Origin: Azolla caroliniana
Taxonomy: Eukaryota > Plantae > Polypodiophyta
Assembly (NCBI GenBank): GCA_043228905.1
Contig: JBHGNT010000315.1
Span: 1-35,525, forward strand
Reading direction: 5' to 3'
DNA: 35,525 nt
Notes under the pieces: model-generated
What the model was told of the DNA's origin: nothing
Seen by the model: only the letters and a program-made list of their open reading frames with translations
The model's database searches: none
Shown: positions 8,661-21,114 of the stretch, piece by piece
Position numbering within the stretch: position 1 is the stretch's first letter
How the letters are laid out: each line of letters opens with the position of its first letter
Position numbers and translations under genes: made by a program

Positions 8661-9529
8661 ATAGTACATAAACCTTGTTCAAATTATTCTCGTGGTCTCT
8701 CTCTAATTTCTCGTAAGTGTTTACGAACAAGTGCGTCTCCCCAATCGCGCATTACACCCACACGAACGTAAACACGAGCACCAACGTCCCTCCAACACGA
8801 ACGTAAACACGAGCACCAACGCATAGAATTTGCCTATAGGGACCGCAAACCACCCAAACGGAAAAAAAAACATCAAAGCAGGACACCCATACCGCACACG
8901 CCACGGCAACGGCTAAGGCTAAGGTCAACTTGTACACGCGGCGAATGTGAACTTGCTTCCACACTTGCCCGATAGGACACTCCTAGTGTGGTAGTCCGGT
9001 TAGCTTTCCTTGTCGTCGTCGTTACCAACCCCTCGTCCGTCCGAACGAGCGAGTACGGACACCGGTCTATCTACGTTCATCGATGTAGCACACTCGGGAG
9101 CCACCACTCGTCCCGCAGTAGCCTCCGCGTGCTTAGTGTCTCGGCACTAGCGCGTTCTAGTTTAATGTGCACGTGCCCGCACACCCCTACGCGCACGCGC
9201 GAGTGCGCACATTTACCTATGTATGTATAAATGTTATGTTGCTCGACAAGCTCTCGCGCGAGGAGGAGGAGTACCCGCTACAGGTTGCGCCCAGATTGTC
9301 TGGTGACAATACGACACCTAGGACTAGCCTAGACGTGTGGGAGGGTGGACTAGTTGGTATGGGTCTTGGGCAAGAGTTGTACGCAGGACACACACGTTAT
9401 GGTAATGGGAGTGGTGAGTGACATGCATGTGCTCTGATTGCATGGCCATGTGTATATATTAAAGGTGGAGGGAGCAATGTCAATACAATCCATTAGGAGA
9501 CAAGCACCGGGATCATAAGGACAATCGCA

Positions 9530-10315
9530 ATGGCAAAGCTTACTTCCGTATTCCTCATGGCCGTGATCATGCTCGCCGCGTGTACCGCGGCCAATGCTAG
9601 GTCTGTAGGGCGGGACCGTGAAGAGGAGCGACGCGATCGACGTCGTGAGGGAGACATTGACGAGGAGAGGCGCGATCGACGCCGAGAGGGGGAGTGCGAT
9701 GACGAGAGGCGCGAGCGACGTCGTGAGGGGTTCCTTGAGGAGGGGCGCCGCTACAGAGACAACAAGAGAGACTCCGAAGAGGAAAGGGAACGTCGTAGCC
9801 GTGGTCGCGATGAGCCACGTGACGAGGAACTGAGGCGAGAGTGCGGTGATTTCATCGACAAGCAGATCCGAGAGCTACAAGAGCGCTCCGAAAGAGAGGA
9901 AGGTGAACAAGGACGTCGCTCCCCATGGATCGAAAACACTCGATACTCAAGACCCTCGGAACGGTGCTGCAGGAACGTCGAACGAATCCCCGCCGAAGAT
10001 CGATGCGATCGCCTACGTGATGCCTTGTATGCTGACGAGGAGGAACGACGCAATGATGAAGGCCGACGCCATGGCCAACAATCAAGGGAACACCGTAGCT
10101 GGGAGGAAGAGGACGAGGAGCGCGAGAGAGATAGCAGCCGTGAGCGACGAGAGGGTGACGAACGCCGCCACCGCATGTCTCGACGACAAGAGGACGAACG
10201 TCAACAACGTCGCCAATTCAAGGCCGATGACGAGGAAAGAGCTCTAGGCGTCGCCGCCTCCCGCCTACTCCAACAGTGCGATCTTCGCCCTCGTGCTTGT
10301 ATTCGTCGCTTCTAA
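9530..10315 (+). CDS. 2S albumin-like storage protein precursor, copy 6
   Basis: Protein identical to copy 1. Confidence 0.88.
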   Translation: MAKLTSVFLMAVIMLAACTAANARSVGRDREEERRDRRREGDIDEERRDRRREGECDDERRERRREGFLEEGRRYRDNKRDSEEERERRSRGRDEPRDEELRRECGDFIDKQIRELQERSEREEGEQGRRSPWIENTRYSRPSERCCRNVERIPAEDRCDRLRDALYADEEERRNDEGRRHGQQSREHRSWEEEDEERERDSSRERREGDERRHRMSRRQEDERQQRRQFKADDEERALGVAASRLLQQCDLRPRACIRRF

Positions 10316-11184
10316 ATAGTACATAAACCTTGTTCAAATTATTCTCGTGGTCTCTCTCTAATTTCTCGTAAGTGTTTACGAACAAGTGCGTCTCCCCAAT
10401 CGCGCATTACACCCACACGAACGTAAACACGAGCACCAACGTCCCTCCAACACGAACGTAAACACGAGCACCAACGCATAGAATTTGCCTATAGGGACCG
10501 CAAACCACCCAAACGGAAAAAAAAACATGAAAGCAGGACACCCATACCGCACACGCCACGGCAACGGCTAAGGCTAAGGTCAACTTGTACACGCGGCGAA
10601 TGTGAACTTGCTTCCACACTTGCCCGATAGGACACTCCTAGTGTGGTAGTCCGGTTAGCTTTCCTTGTCGTCGTCGTTACCAACCCCTCGTCCGTCCGAA
10701 CGAGCGAGTACGGACACCGGTCTATCTACGTTCATCGATGTAGCACACTCGGGAGCCACCACTCGTCCCGCAGTAGCCTCCGCGTGCTTAGTGTCTCGGC
10801 ACTAGCGCGTTCTAGTTTAATGTGCACGTGCCCGCACACCCCTACGCGCACGCGCGAGTGCGCACATTTACCTATGTATGTATAAATGTTATGTTGCTCG
10901 ACAAGCTCTCGCGCGAGGAGGAGGAGTACCCGCTACAGGTTGCGCCCAGATTGTCTGGTGACAATACGACACCTAGGACTAGCCTAGACGTGTGGGAGGG
11001 TGGACTAGTTGGTATGGGTCTTGGGCAAGAGTTGTACGCAGGACACACACGTTATGGTAATGGGAGTGGTGAGTGACATGCATGTGCTCTGATTGCATGG
11101 CCATGTGTATATATTAAAGGTGGAGGGAGCAATGTCAATACAATCCATTAGGAGACAAGCACCGGGATCATAAGGACAATCGCA

Positions 11185-11970
11185 ATGGCAAAGCTTACTT
11201 CCGTATTCCTCATGGCCGTGATCATGCTCGCCGCGTGTACCGCGGCCAATGCTAGGTCTGTAGGGCGGGACCGTGAAGAGGAGCGACGCGATCGACGTCG
11301 TGAGGGAGACATTGACGAGGAGAGGCGCGATCGACGCCGAGAGGGGGAGTGCGATGACGAGAGGCGCGAGCGACGTCGTGAGGGGTTCCTTGAGGAGGGG
11401 CGCCGCTACAGAGACAACAAGAGAGACTCCGAAGAGGAAAGGGAACGTCGTAGCCGTGGTCGCGATGAGCCACGTGACGAGGAACTGAGGCGAGAGTGCG
11501 GTGATTTCATCGACAAGCAGATCCGAGAGCTACAAGAGCGCTCCGAAAGAGAGGAAGGTGAACAAGGACGTCGCTCCCCATGGATCGAAAACACTCGATA
11601 CTCAAGACCCTCGGAACGGTGCTGCAGGAACGTCGAACGAATCCCCGCCGAAGATCGATGCGATCGCCTACGTGATGCCTTGTATGCTGACGAGGAGGAA
11701 CGACGCAATGATGAAGGCCGACGCCATGGCCAACAATCAAGGGAACACCGTAGCTGGGAGGAAGAGGACGAGGAGCGCGAGAGAGATAGCAGCCGTGAGC
11801 GACGAGAGGGTGACGAACGCCGCCACCGCATGTCTCGACGACAAGAGGACGAACGTCAACAACGTCGCCAATTCAAGGCCGATGACGAGGAAAGAGCTCT
11901 AGGCGTCGCCGCCTCCCGCCTACTCCAACAGTGCGATCTTCGCCCTCGTGCTTGTATTCGTCGCTTCTAA
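11185..11970 (+). CDS. 2S albumin-like storage protein precursor, copy 7
   Basis: Protein identical to copy 1. Confidence 0.88.
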   Translation: MAKLTSVFLMAVIMLAACTAANARSVGRDREEERRDRRREGDIDEERRDRRREGECDDERRERRREGFLEEGRRYRDNKRDSEEERERRSRGRDEPRDEELRRECGDFIDKQIRELQERSEREEGEQGRRSPWIENTRYSRPSERCCRNVERIPAEDRCDRLRDALYADEEERRNDEGRRHGQQSREHRSWEEEDEERERDSSRERREGDERRHRMSRRQEDERQQRRQFKADDEERALGVAASRLLQQCDLRPRACIRRF

Positions 11971-12839
11971 ATAGTACATAAACCTTGTTCAAATTATTCT
12001 CGTGGTCTCTCTCTAATTTCTCGTAAGTGTTTACGAACAAGTGCGTCTCCCCAATCGCGCATTACACCCACACGAACGTAAACACGAGCACCAACGTCCC
12101 TCCAACACGAACGTAAACACGAGCACCAACGCATAGAATTTGCCTATAGGGACCGCAAACCACCCAAACGGAAAAAAAAACATGAAAGCAGGACACCCAT
12201 ACCGCACACGCCACGGCAACGGCTAAGGCTAAGGTCAACTTGTACACGCGGCGAATGTGAACTTGCTTCCACACTTGCCCGATAGGACACTCCTAGTGTG
12301 GTAGTCCGGTTAGCTTTCCTTGTCGTCGTCGTTACCAACCCCTCGTCCGTCCGAACGAGCGAGTACGGACACCGGTCTATCTACGTTCATCGATGTAGCA
12401 CACTCGGGAGCCACCACTCGTCCCGCAGTAGCCTCCGCGTGCTTAGTGTCTCGGCACTAGCGCGTTCTAGTTTAATGTGCACGTGCCCGCACACCCCTAC
12501 GCGCACGCGCGAGTGCGCACATTTACCTATGTATGTATAAATGTTATGTTGCTCGACAAGCTCTCGCGCGAGGAGGAGGAGTACCCGCTACAGGTTGCGC
12601 CCAGATTGTCTGGTGACAATACGACACCTAGGACTAGCCTAGACGTGTGGGAGGGTGGACTAGTTGGTATGGGTCTTGGGCAAGAGTTGTACGCAGGACA
12701 CACACGTTATGGTAATGGGAGTGGTGAGTGACATGCATGTGCTCTGATTGCATGGCCATGTGTATATATTAAAGGTGGAGGGAGCAATGTCAATACAATC
12801 CATTAGGAGACAAGCACCGGGATCATAAGGACAATCGCA

Positions 12840-13625
12840 ATGGCAAAGCTTACTTCCGTATTCCTCATGGCCGTGATCATGCTCGCCGCGTGTACCGCGG
12901 CCAATGCTAGGTCTGTAGGGCGGGACCGTGAAGAGGAGCGACGCGATCGACGTCGTGAGGGAGACATTGACGAGGAGAGGCGCGATCGACGCCGAGAGGG
13001 GGAGTGCGATGACGAGAGGCGCGAGCGACGTCGTGAGGGGTTCCTTGAGGAGGGGCGCCGCTACAGAGACAACAAGAGAGACTCCGAAGAGGAAAGGGAA
13101 CGTCGTAGCCGTGGTCGCGATGAGCCACGTGACGAGGAACTGAGGCGAGAGTGCGGTGATTTCATCGACAAGCAGATCCGAGAGCTACAAGAGCGCTCCG
13201 AAAGAGAGGAAGGTGAACAAGGACGTCGCTCCCCATGGATCGAAAACACTCGATACTCAAGACCCTCGGAACGGTGCTGCAGGAACGTCGAACGAATCCC
13301 CGCCGAAGATCGATGCGATCGCCTACGTGATGCCTTGTATGCTGACGAGGAGGAACGACGCAATGATGAAGGCCGACGCCATGGCCAACAATCAAGGGAA
13401 CACCGTAGCTGGGAGGAAGAGGACGAGGAGCGCGAGAGAGATAGCAGCCGTGAGCGACGAGAGGGTGACGAACGCCGCCACCGCATGTCTCGACGACAAG
13501 AGGACGAACGTCAACAACGTCGCCAATTCAAGGCCGATGACGAGGAAAGAGCTCTAGGCGTCGCCGCCTCCCGCCTACTCCAACAGTGCGATCTTCGCCC
13601 TCGTGCTTGTATTCGTCGCTTCTAA
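12840..13625 (+). CDS. 2S albumin-like storage protein precursor, copy 8
   Basis: Protein identical to copy 1. Confidence 0.88.
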   Translation: MAKLTSVFLMAVIMLAACTAANARSVGRDREEERRDRRREGDIDEERRDRRREGECDDERRERRREGFLEEGRRYRDNKRDSEEERERRSRGRDEPRDEELRRECGDFIDKQIRELQERSEREEGEQGRRSPWIENTRYSRPSERCCRNVERIPAEDRCDRLRDALYADEEERRNDEGRRHGQQSREHRSWEEEDEERERDSSRERREGDERRHRMSRRQEDERQQRRQFKADDEERALGVAASRLLQQCDLRPRACIRRF

Positions 13626-14494
13626 ATAGTACATAAACCTTGTTCAAATTATTCTCGTGGTCTCTCTCTAATTTCTCGTAAGTGTTTACGAACAAGTGCG
13701 TCTCCCCAATCGCGCATTACACCCACACGAACGTAAACACGAGCACCAACGTCCCTCCAACACGAACGTAAACACGAGCACCAACGCATAGAATTTGCCT
13801 ATAGGGACCGCAAACCACCCAAACGGAAAAAAAAACATCAAAGCAGGACACCCATACCGCACACGCCACGGCAACGGCTAAGGCTAAGGTCAACTTGTAC
13901 ACGCGGCGAATGTGAACTTGCTTCCACACTTGCCCGATAGGACACTCCTAGTGTGGTAGTCCGGTTAGCTTTCCTTGTCGTCGTCGTTACCAACCCCTCG
14001 TCCGTCCGAACGAGCGAGTACGGACACCGGTCTATCTACGTTCATCGATGTAGCACACTCGGGAGCCACCACTCGTCCCGCAGTAGCCTCCGCGTGCTTA
14101 GTGTCTCGGCACTAGCGCGTTCTAGTTTAATGTGCACGTGCCCGCACACCCCTACGCGCACGCGCGAGTGCGCACATTTACCTATGTATGTATAAATGTT
14201 ATGTTGCTCGACAAGCTCTCGCGCGAGGAGGAGGAGTACCCGCTACAGGTTGCGCCCAGATTGTCTGGTGACAATACGACACCTAGGACTAGCCTAGACG
14301 TGTGGGAGGGTGGACTAGTTGGTATGGGTCTTGGGCAAGAGTTGTACGCAGGACACACACGTTATGGTAATGGGAGTGGTGAGTGACATGCATGTGCTCT
14401 GATTGCATGGCCATGTGTATATATTAAAGGTGGAGGGAGCAATGTCAATACAATCCATTAGGAGACAAGCACCGGGATCATAAGGACAATCGCA

Positions 14495-15280
14495 ATGGCA
14501 AAGCTTACTTCCGTATTCCTCATGGCCGTGATCATGCTCGCCGCGTGTACCGCGGCCAATGCTAGGTCTGTAGGGCGGGACCGTGAAGAGGAGCGACGCG
14601 ATCGACGTCGTGAGGGAGACATTGACGAGGAGAGGCGCGATCGACGCCGAGAGGGGGAGTGCGATGACGAGAGGCGCGAGCGACGTCGTGAGGGGTTCCT
14701 TGAGGAGGGGCGCCGCTACAGAGACAACAAGAGAGACTCCGAAGAGGAAAGGGAACGTCGTAGCCGTGGTCGCGATGAGCCACGTGACGAGGAACTGAGG
14801 CGAGAGTGCGGTGATTTCATCGACAAGCAGATCCGAGAGCTACAAGAGCGCTCCGAAAGAGAGGAAGGTGAACAAGGACGTCGCTCCCCATGGATCGAAA
14901 ACACTCGATACTCAAGACCCTCGGAACGGTGCTGCAGGAACGTCGAACGAATCCCCGCCGAAGATCGATGCGATCGCCTACGTGATGCCTTGTATGCTGA
15001 CGAGGAGGAACGACGCAATGATGAAGGCCGACGCCATGGCCAACAATCAAGGGAACACCGTAGCTGGGAGGAAGAGGACGAGGAGCGCGAGAGAGATAGC
15101 AGCCGTGAGCGACGAGAGGGTGACGAACGCCGCCACCGCATGTCTCGACGACAAGAGGACGAACGTCAACAACGTCGCCAATTCAAGGCCGATGACGAGG
15201 AAAGAGCTCTAGGCGTCGCCGCCTCCCGCCTACTCCAACAGTGCGATCTTCGCCCTCGTGCTTGTATTCGTCGCTTCTAA
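14495..15280 (+). CDS. 2S albumin-like storage protein precursor, copy 9
   Basis: Protein identical to copy 1. Confidence 0.88.
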   Translation: MAKLTSVFLMAVIMLAACTAANARSVGRDREEERRDRRREGDIDEERRDRRREGECDDERRERRREGFLEEGRRYRDNKRDSEEERERRSRGRDEPRDEELRRECGDFIDKQIRELQERSEREEGEQGRRSPWIENTRYSRPSERCCRNVERIPAEDRCDRLRDALYADEEERRNDEGRRHGQQSREHRSWEEEDEERERDSSRERREGDERRHRMSRRQEDERQQRRQFKADDEERALGVAASRLLQQCDLRPRACIRRF

Positions 15281-16149
15281 ATAGTACATAAACCTTGTTC
15301 AAATTATTCTCGTGGTCTCTCTCTAATTTCTCGTAAGTGTTTACGAACAAGTGCGTCTCCCCAATCGCGCATTACACCCACACGAACGTAAACACGAGCA
15401 CCAACGTCCCTCCAACACGAACGTAAACACGAGCACCAACGCATAGAATTTGCCTATAGGGACCGCAAACCACCCAAACGGAAAAAAAAACATCAAAGCA
15501 GGACACCCATACCGCACACGCCACGGCAACGGCTAAGGCTAAGGTCAACTTGTACACGCGGCGAATGTGAACTTGCTTCCACACTTGCCCGATAGGACAC
15601 TCCTAGTGTGGTAGTCCGGTTAGCTTTCCTTGTCGTCGTCGTTACCAACCCCTCGTCCGTCCGAACGAGCGAGTACGGACACCGGTCTATCTACGTTCAT
15701 CGATGTAGCACACTCGGGAGCCACCACTCGTCCCGCAGTAGCCTCCGCGTGCTTAGTGTCTCGGCACTAGCGCGTTCTAGTTTAATGTGCACGTGCCCGC
15801 ACACCCCTACGCGCACGCGCGAGTGCGCACATTTACCTATGTATGTATAAATGTTATGTTGCTCGACAAGCTCTCGCGCGAGGAGGAGGAGTACCCGCTA
15901 CAGGTTGCGCCCAGATTGTCTGGTGACAATACGACACCTAGGACTAGCCTAGACGTGTGGGAGGGTGGACTAGTTGGTATGGGTCTTGGGCAAGAGTTGT
16001 ACGCAGGACACACACGTTATGGTAATGGGAGTGGTGAGTGACATGCATGTGCTCTGATTGCATGGCCATGTGTATATATTAAAGGTGGAGGGAGCAATGT
16101 CAATACAATCCATTAGGAGACAAGCACCGGGATCATAAGGACAATCGCA

Positions 16150-16935
16150 ATGGCAAAGCTTACTTCCGTATTCCTCATGGCCGTGATCATGCTCGCCGCG
16201 TGTACCGCGGCCAATGCTAGGTCTGTAGGGCGGGACCGTGAAGAGGAGCGACGCGATCGACGTCGTGAGGGAGACATTGACGAGGAGAGGCGCGATCGAC
16301 GCCGAGAGGGGGAGTGCGATGACGAGAGGCGCGAGCGACGTCGTGAGGGGTTCCTTGAGGAGGGGCGCCGCTACAGAGACAACAAGAGAGACTCCGAAGA
16401 GGAAAGGGAACGTCGTAGCCGTGGTCGCGATGAGCCACGTGACGAGGAACTGAGGCGAGAGTGCGGTGATTTCATCGACAAGCAGATCCGAGAGCTACAA
16501 GAGCGCTCCGAAAGAGAGGAAGGTGAACAAGGACGTCGCTCCCCATGGATCGAAAACACTCGATACTCAAGACCCTCGGAACGGTGCTGCAGGAACGTCG
16601 AACGAATCCCCGCCGAAGATCGATGCGATCGCCTACGTGATGCCTTGTATGCTGACGAGGAGGAACGACGCAATGATGAAGGCCGACGCCATGGCCAACA
16701 ATCAAGGGAACACCGTAGCTGGGAGGAAGAGGACGAGGAGCGCGAGAGAGATAGCAGCCGTGAGCGACGAGAGGGTGACGAACGCCGCCACCGCATGTCT
16801 CGACGACAAGAGGACGAACGTCAACAACGTCGCCAATTCAAGGCCGATGACGAGGAAAGAGCTCTAGGCGTCGCCGCCTCCCGCCTACTCCAACAGTGCG
16901 ATCTTCGCCCTCGTGCTTGTATTCGTCGCTTCTAA
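16150..16935 (+). CDS. 2S albumin-like storage protein precursor, copy 10
   Basis: Protein identical to copy 1. Confidence 0.88.
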   Translation: MAKLTSVFLMAVIMLAACTAANARSVGRDREEERRDRRREGDIDEERRDRRREGECDDERRERRREGFLEEGRRYRDNKRDSEEERERRSRGRDEPRDEELRRECGDFIDKQIRELQERSEREEGEQGRRSPWIENTRYSRPSERCCRNVERIPAEDRCDRLRDALYADEEERRNDEGRRHGQQSREHRSWEEEDEERERDSSRERREGDERRHRMSRRQEDERQQRRQFKADDEERALGVAASRLLQQCDLRPRACIRRF

Positions 16936-17804
16936 ATAGTACATAAACCTTGTTCAAATTATTCTCGTGGTCTCTCTCTAATTTCTCGTAAGTGTTTACG
17001 AACAAGTGCGTCTCCCCAATCGCGCATTACACCCACACGAACGTAAACACGAGCACCAACGTCCCTCCAACACGAACGTAAACACGAGCACCAACGCATA
17101 GAATTTGCCTATAGGGACCGCAAACCACCCAAACGGAAAAAAAAACATGAAAGCAGGACACCCATACCGCACACGCCACGGCAACGGCTAAGGCTAAGGT
17201 CAACTTGTACACGCGGCGAATGTGAACTTGCTTCCACACTTGCCCGATAGGACACTCCTAGTGTGGTAGTCCGGTTAGCTTTCCTTGTCGTCGTCGTTAC
17301 CAACCCCTCGTCCGTCCGAACGAGCGAGTACGGACACCGGTCTATCTACGTTCATCGATGTAGCACACTCGGGAGCCACCACTCGTCCCGCAGTAGCCTC
17401 CGCGTGCTTAGTGTCTCGGCACTAGCGCGTTCTAGTTTAATGTGCACGTGCCCGCACACCCCTACGCGCACGCGCGAGTGCGCACATTTACCTATGTATG
17501 TATAAATGTTATGTTGCTCGACAAGCTCTCGCGCGAGGAGGAGGAGTACCCGCTACAGGTTGCGCCCAGATTGTCTGGTGACAATACGACACCTAGGACT
17601 AGCCTAGACGTGTGGGAGGGTGGACTAGTTGGTATGGGTCTTGGGCAAGAGTTGTACGCAGGACACACACGTTATGGTAATGGGAGTGGTGAGTGACATG
17701 CATGTGCTCTGATTGCATGGCCATGTGTATATATTAAAGGTGGAGGGAGCAATGTCAATACAATCCATTAGGAGACAAGCACCGGGATCATAAGGACAAT
17801 CGCA

Positions 17805-18590
17805 ATGGCAAAGCTTACTTCCGTATTCCTCATGGCCGTGATCATGCTCGCCGCGTGTACCGCGGCCAATGCTAGGTCTGTAGGGCGGGACCGTGAAGAG
17901 GAGCGACGCGATCGACGTCGTGAGGGAGACATTGACGAGGAGAGGCGCGATCGACGCCGAGAGGGGGAGTGCGATGACGAGAGGCGCGAGCGACGTCGTG
18001 AGGGGTTCCTTGAGGAGGGGCGCCGCTACAGAGACAACAAGAGAGACTCCGAAGAGGAAAGGGAACGTCGTAGCCGTGGTCGCGATGAGCCACGTGACGA
18101 GGAACTGAGGCGAGAGTGCGGTGATTTCATCGACAAGCAGATCCGAGAGCTACAAGAGCGCTCCGAAAGAGAGGAAGGTGAACAAGGACGTCGCTCCCCA
18201 TGGATCGAAAACACTCGATACTCAAGACCCTCGGAACGGTGCTGCAGGAACGTCGAACGAATCCCCGCCGAAGATCGATGCGATCGCCTACGTGATGCCT
18301 TGTATGCTGACGAGGAGGAACGACGCAATGATGAAGGCCGACGCCATGGCCAACAATCAAGGGAACACCGTAGCTGGGAGGAAGAGGACGAGGAGCGCGA
18401 GAGAGATAGCAGCCGTGAGCGACGAGAGGGTGACGAACGCCGCCACCGCATGTCTCGACGACAAGAGGACGAACGTCAACAACGTCGCCAATTCAAGGCC
18501 GATGACGAGGAAAGAGCTCTAGGCGTCGCCGCCTCCCGCCTACTCCAACAGTGCGATCTTCGCCCTCGTGCTTGTATTCGTCGCTTCTAA
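17805..18590 (+). CDS. 2S albumin-like storage protein precursor, copy 11
   Basis: Protein identical to copy 1. Confidence 0.88.
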   Translation: MAKLTSVFLMAVIMLAACTAANARSVGRDREEERRDRRREGDIDEERRDRRREGECDDERRERRREGFLEEGRRYRDNKRDSEEERERRSRGRDEPRDEELRRECGDFIDKQIRELQERSEREEGEQGRRSPWIENTRYSRPSERCCRNVERIPAEDRCDRLRDALYADEEERRNDEGRRHGQQSREHRSWEEEDEERERDSSRERREGDERRHRMSRRQEDERQQRRQFKADDEERALGVAASRLLQQCDLRPRACIRRF

Positions 18591-19459
18591 ATAGTACATA
18601 AACCTTGTTCAAATTATTCTCGTGGTCTCTCTCTAATTTCTCGTAAGTGTTTACGAACAAGTGCGTCTCCCCAATCGCGCATTACACCCACACGAACGTA
18701 AACACGAGCACCAACGTCCCTCCAACACGAACGTAAACACGAGCACCAACGCATAGAATTTGCTTATAGGGACCGCAAACCACCCAAACGGAAAAAAAAA
18801 CATCAAAGCAGGACACCCATACCGCACACGCCACGGCAACGGCTAAGGCTAAGGTCAACTTGTACACGCGGCGAATGTGAACTTGCTTCCACACTTGCCC
18901 GATAGGACACTCCTAGTGTGGTAGTCCGGTTAGCTTTCCTTGTCGTCGTCGTTACCAACCCCTCGTCCGTCCGAACGAGCGAGTACGGACACCGGTCTAT
19001 CTACGTTCATCGATGTAGCACACTCGGGAGCCACCACCCGTCCCGCAGTAGCCTCCGCGTGCTTAGTGTCTCGGCACTAGCGCGTTCTAGTTTAATGTGC
19101 ACGTGCCCGCACACCCCTACGCGCACGCGCGAGTGCGCACATTTACCTATGTATGTATAAATGTTATGTTGCTCGACAAGCTCTCGCGCGAGGAGGAGGA
19201 GTACCCGCTACAGGTTGCGCCCAGATTGTCTGGTGACAATACGACACCTAGGACTAGCCTAGACGTGTGGGAGGGTGGACTAGTTGGTATGGGTCTTGGG
19301 CAAGAGTTGTACGCAGGACACACACGTTATGGTAATGGGAGTGGTGAGTGACATGCATGTGCTCTGATTGCATGGCCATGTGTATATATTAAAGGTGGAG
19401 GGAGCAATGTCAATACAATCCATTAGGAGACAAGCACCGGGATCATAAGGACAATCGCA

Positions 19460-20245
19460 ATGGCAAAGCTTACTTCCGTATTCCTCATGGCCGTGATCAT
19501 GCTCGCCGCGTGTACCGCGGCCAATGCTAGGTCTGTAGGGCGGGACCGTGAAGAGGAGCGACGCGATCGACGTCGTGAGGGAGACATTGACGAGGAGAGG
19601 CGCGATCGACGCCGAGAGGGGGAGTGCGATGACGAGAGGCGCGAGCGACGTCGTGAGGGGTTCCTTGAGGAGGGGCGCCGCTACAGAGACAACAAGAGAG
19701 ACTCCGAAGAGGAAAGGGAACGTCGTAGCCGTGGTCGCGATGAGCCACGTGACGAGGAACTGAGGCGAGAGTGCGGTGATTTCATCGACAAGCAGATCCG
19801 AGAGCTACAAGAGCGCTCCGAAAGAGAGGAAGGTGAACAAGGACGTCGCTCCCCATGGATCGAAAACACTCGATACTCAAGACCCTCGGAACGGTGCTGC
19901 AGGAACGTCGAACGAATCCCCGCCGAAGATCGATGCGATCGCCTACGTGATGCCTTGTATGCTGACGAGGAGGAACGACGCAATGATGAAGGCCGACGCC
20001 ATGGCCAACAATCAAGGGAACACCGTAGCTGGGAGGAAGAGGACGAGGAGCGCGAGAGAGATAGCAGCCGTGAGCGACGAGAGGGTGACGAACGCCGCCA
20101 CCGCATGTCTCGACGACAAGAGGACGAACATCAACAACGTCGCCAATTCAAGGCCGATGACGAGGAAAGAGCTCTAGGCGTCGCCGCCTCCCGCCTACTC
20201 CAACAGTGCGATCTTCGCCCTCGTGCTTGTATTCGTCGCTTCTAA
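19460..20245 (+). CDS. 2S albumin-like storage protein precursor, copy 12 (R224H variant)
   Basis: G>A at 20130 (CGT>CAT); otherwise the same protein. Confidence 0.88.
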   Translation: MAKLTSVFLMAVIMLAACTAANARSVGRDREEERRDRRREGDIDEERRDRRREGECDDERRERRREGFLEEGRRYRDNKRDSEEERERRSRGRDEPRDEELRRECGDFIDKQIRELQERSEREEGEQGRRSPWIENTRYSRPSERCCRNVERIPAEDRCDRLRDALYADEEERRNDEGRRHGQQSREHRSWEEEDEERERDSSRERREGDERRHRMSRRQEDEHQQRRQFKADDEERALGVAASRLLQQCDLRPRACIRRF

Positions 20246-21114
20246 ATAGTACATAAACCTTGTTCAAATTATTCTCGTGGTCTCTCTCTAATTTCTCGTA
20301 AGTGTTTACGAACAAGTGCGTCTCCCCAATCGCGCATTACACCCACACGAACGTAAACACGAGCACCAACGTCCCTCCAACACGAACGTAAACACGAGCA
20401 CCAACGCATAGAATTTGCCTATAGGGACCGCAAACCACCCAAACGGAAAAAAAAACATCAAAGCAGGACACCCATACCGCACACGCCACGGCAACGGCTA
20501 AGGCTAAGGTCAACTTGTACACGCGGCGAATGTGAACTTGCTTCCACACTTGCCCGATAGGACACTCCTAGTGTGGTAGTCCGGTTAGCTTTCCTTGTCG
20601 TCGTCGTTACCAACCCCTCGTCCGTCCGAACGAGCGAGTACGGACACCGGTCTATCTACGTTCATCGATGTAGCACACTCGGGAGCCACCACTCGTCCCG
20701 CAGTAGCCTCCGCGTGCTTAGTGTCTCGGCACTAGCGCGTTCTAGTTTAATGTGCACGTGCCCGCACACCCCTACGCGCACGCGCGAGTGCGCACATTTA
20801 CCTATGTATGTATAAATGTTATGTTGCTCGACAAGCTCTCGCGCGAGGAGGAGGAGTACCCGCTACAGGTTGCGCCCAGATTGTCTGGTGACAATACGAC
20901 ACCTAGGACTAGCCTAGACGTGTGGGAGGGTGGACTAGTTGGTATGGGTCTTGGGCAAGAGTTGTACGCAGGACACACACGTTATGGTAATGGGAGTGGT
21001 GAGTGACATGCATGTGCTCTGATTGCATGGCCATGTGTATATATCAAAGGTGGAGGGAGCAATGTCAATACAATCCATTAGGAGACAAGCACCGGGATCA
21101 TAAGGACAATCGCA

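Noticed and set aside
10489-10683. 64-aa minus-strand ORF found in three units only
   Set aside because: Arises from the C>G spacer variant removing a stop codon; no other support
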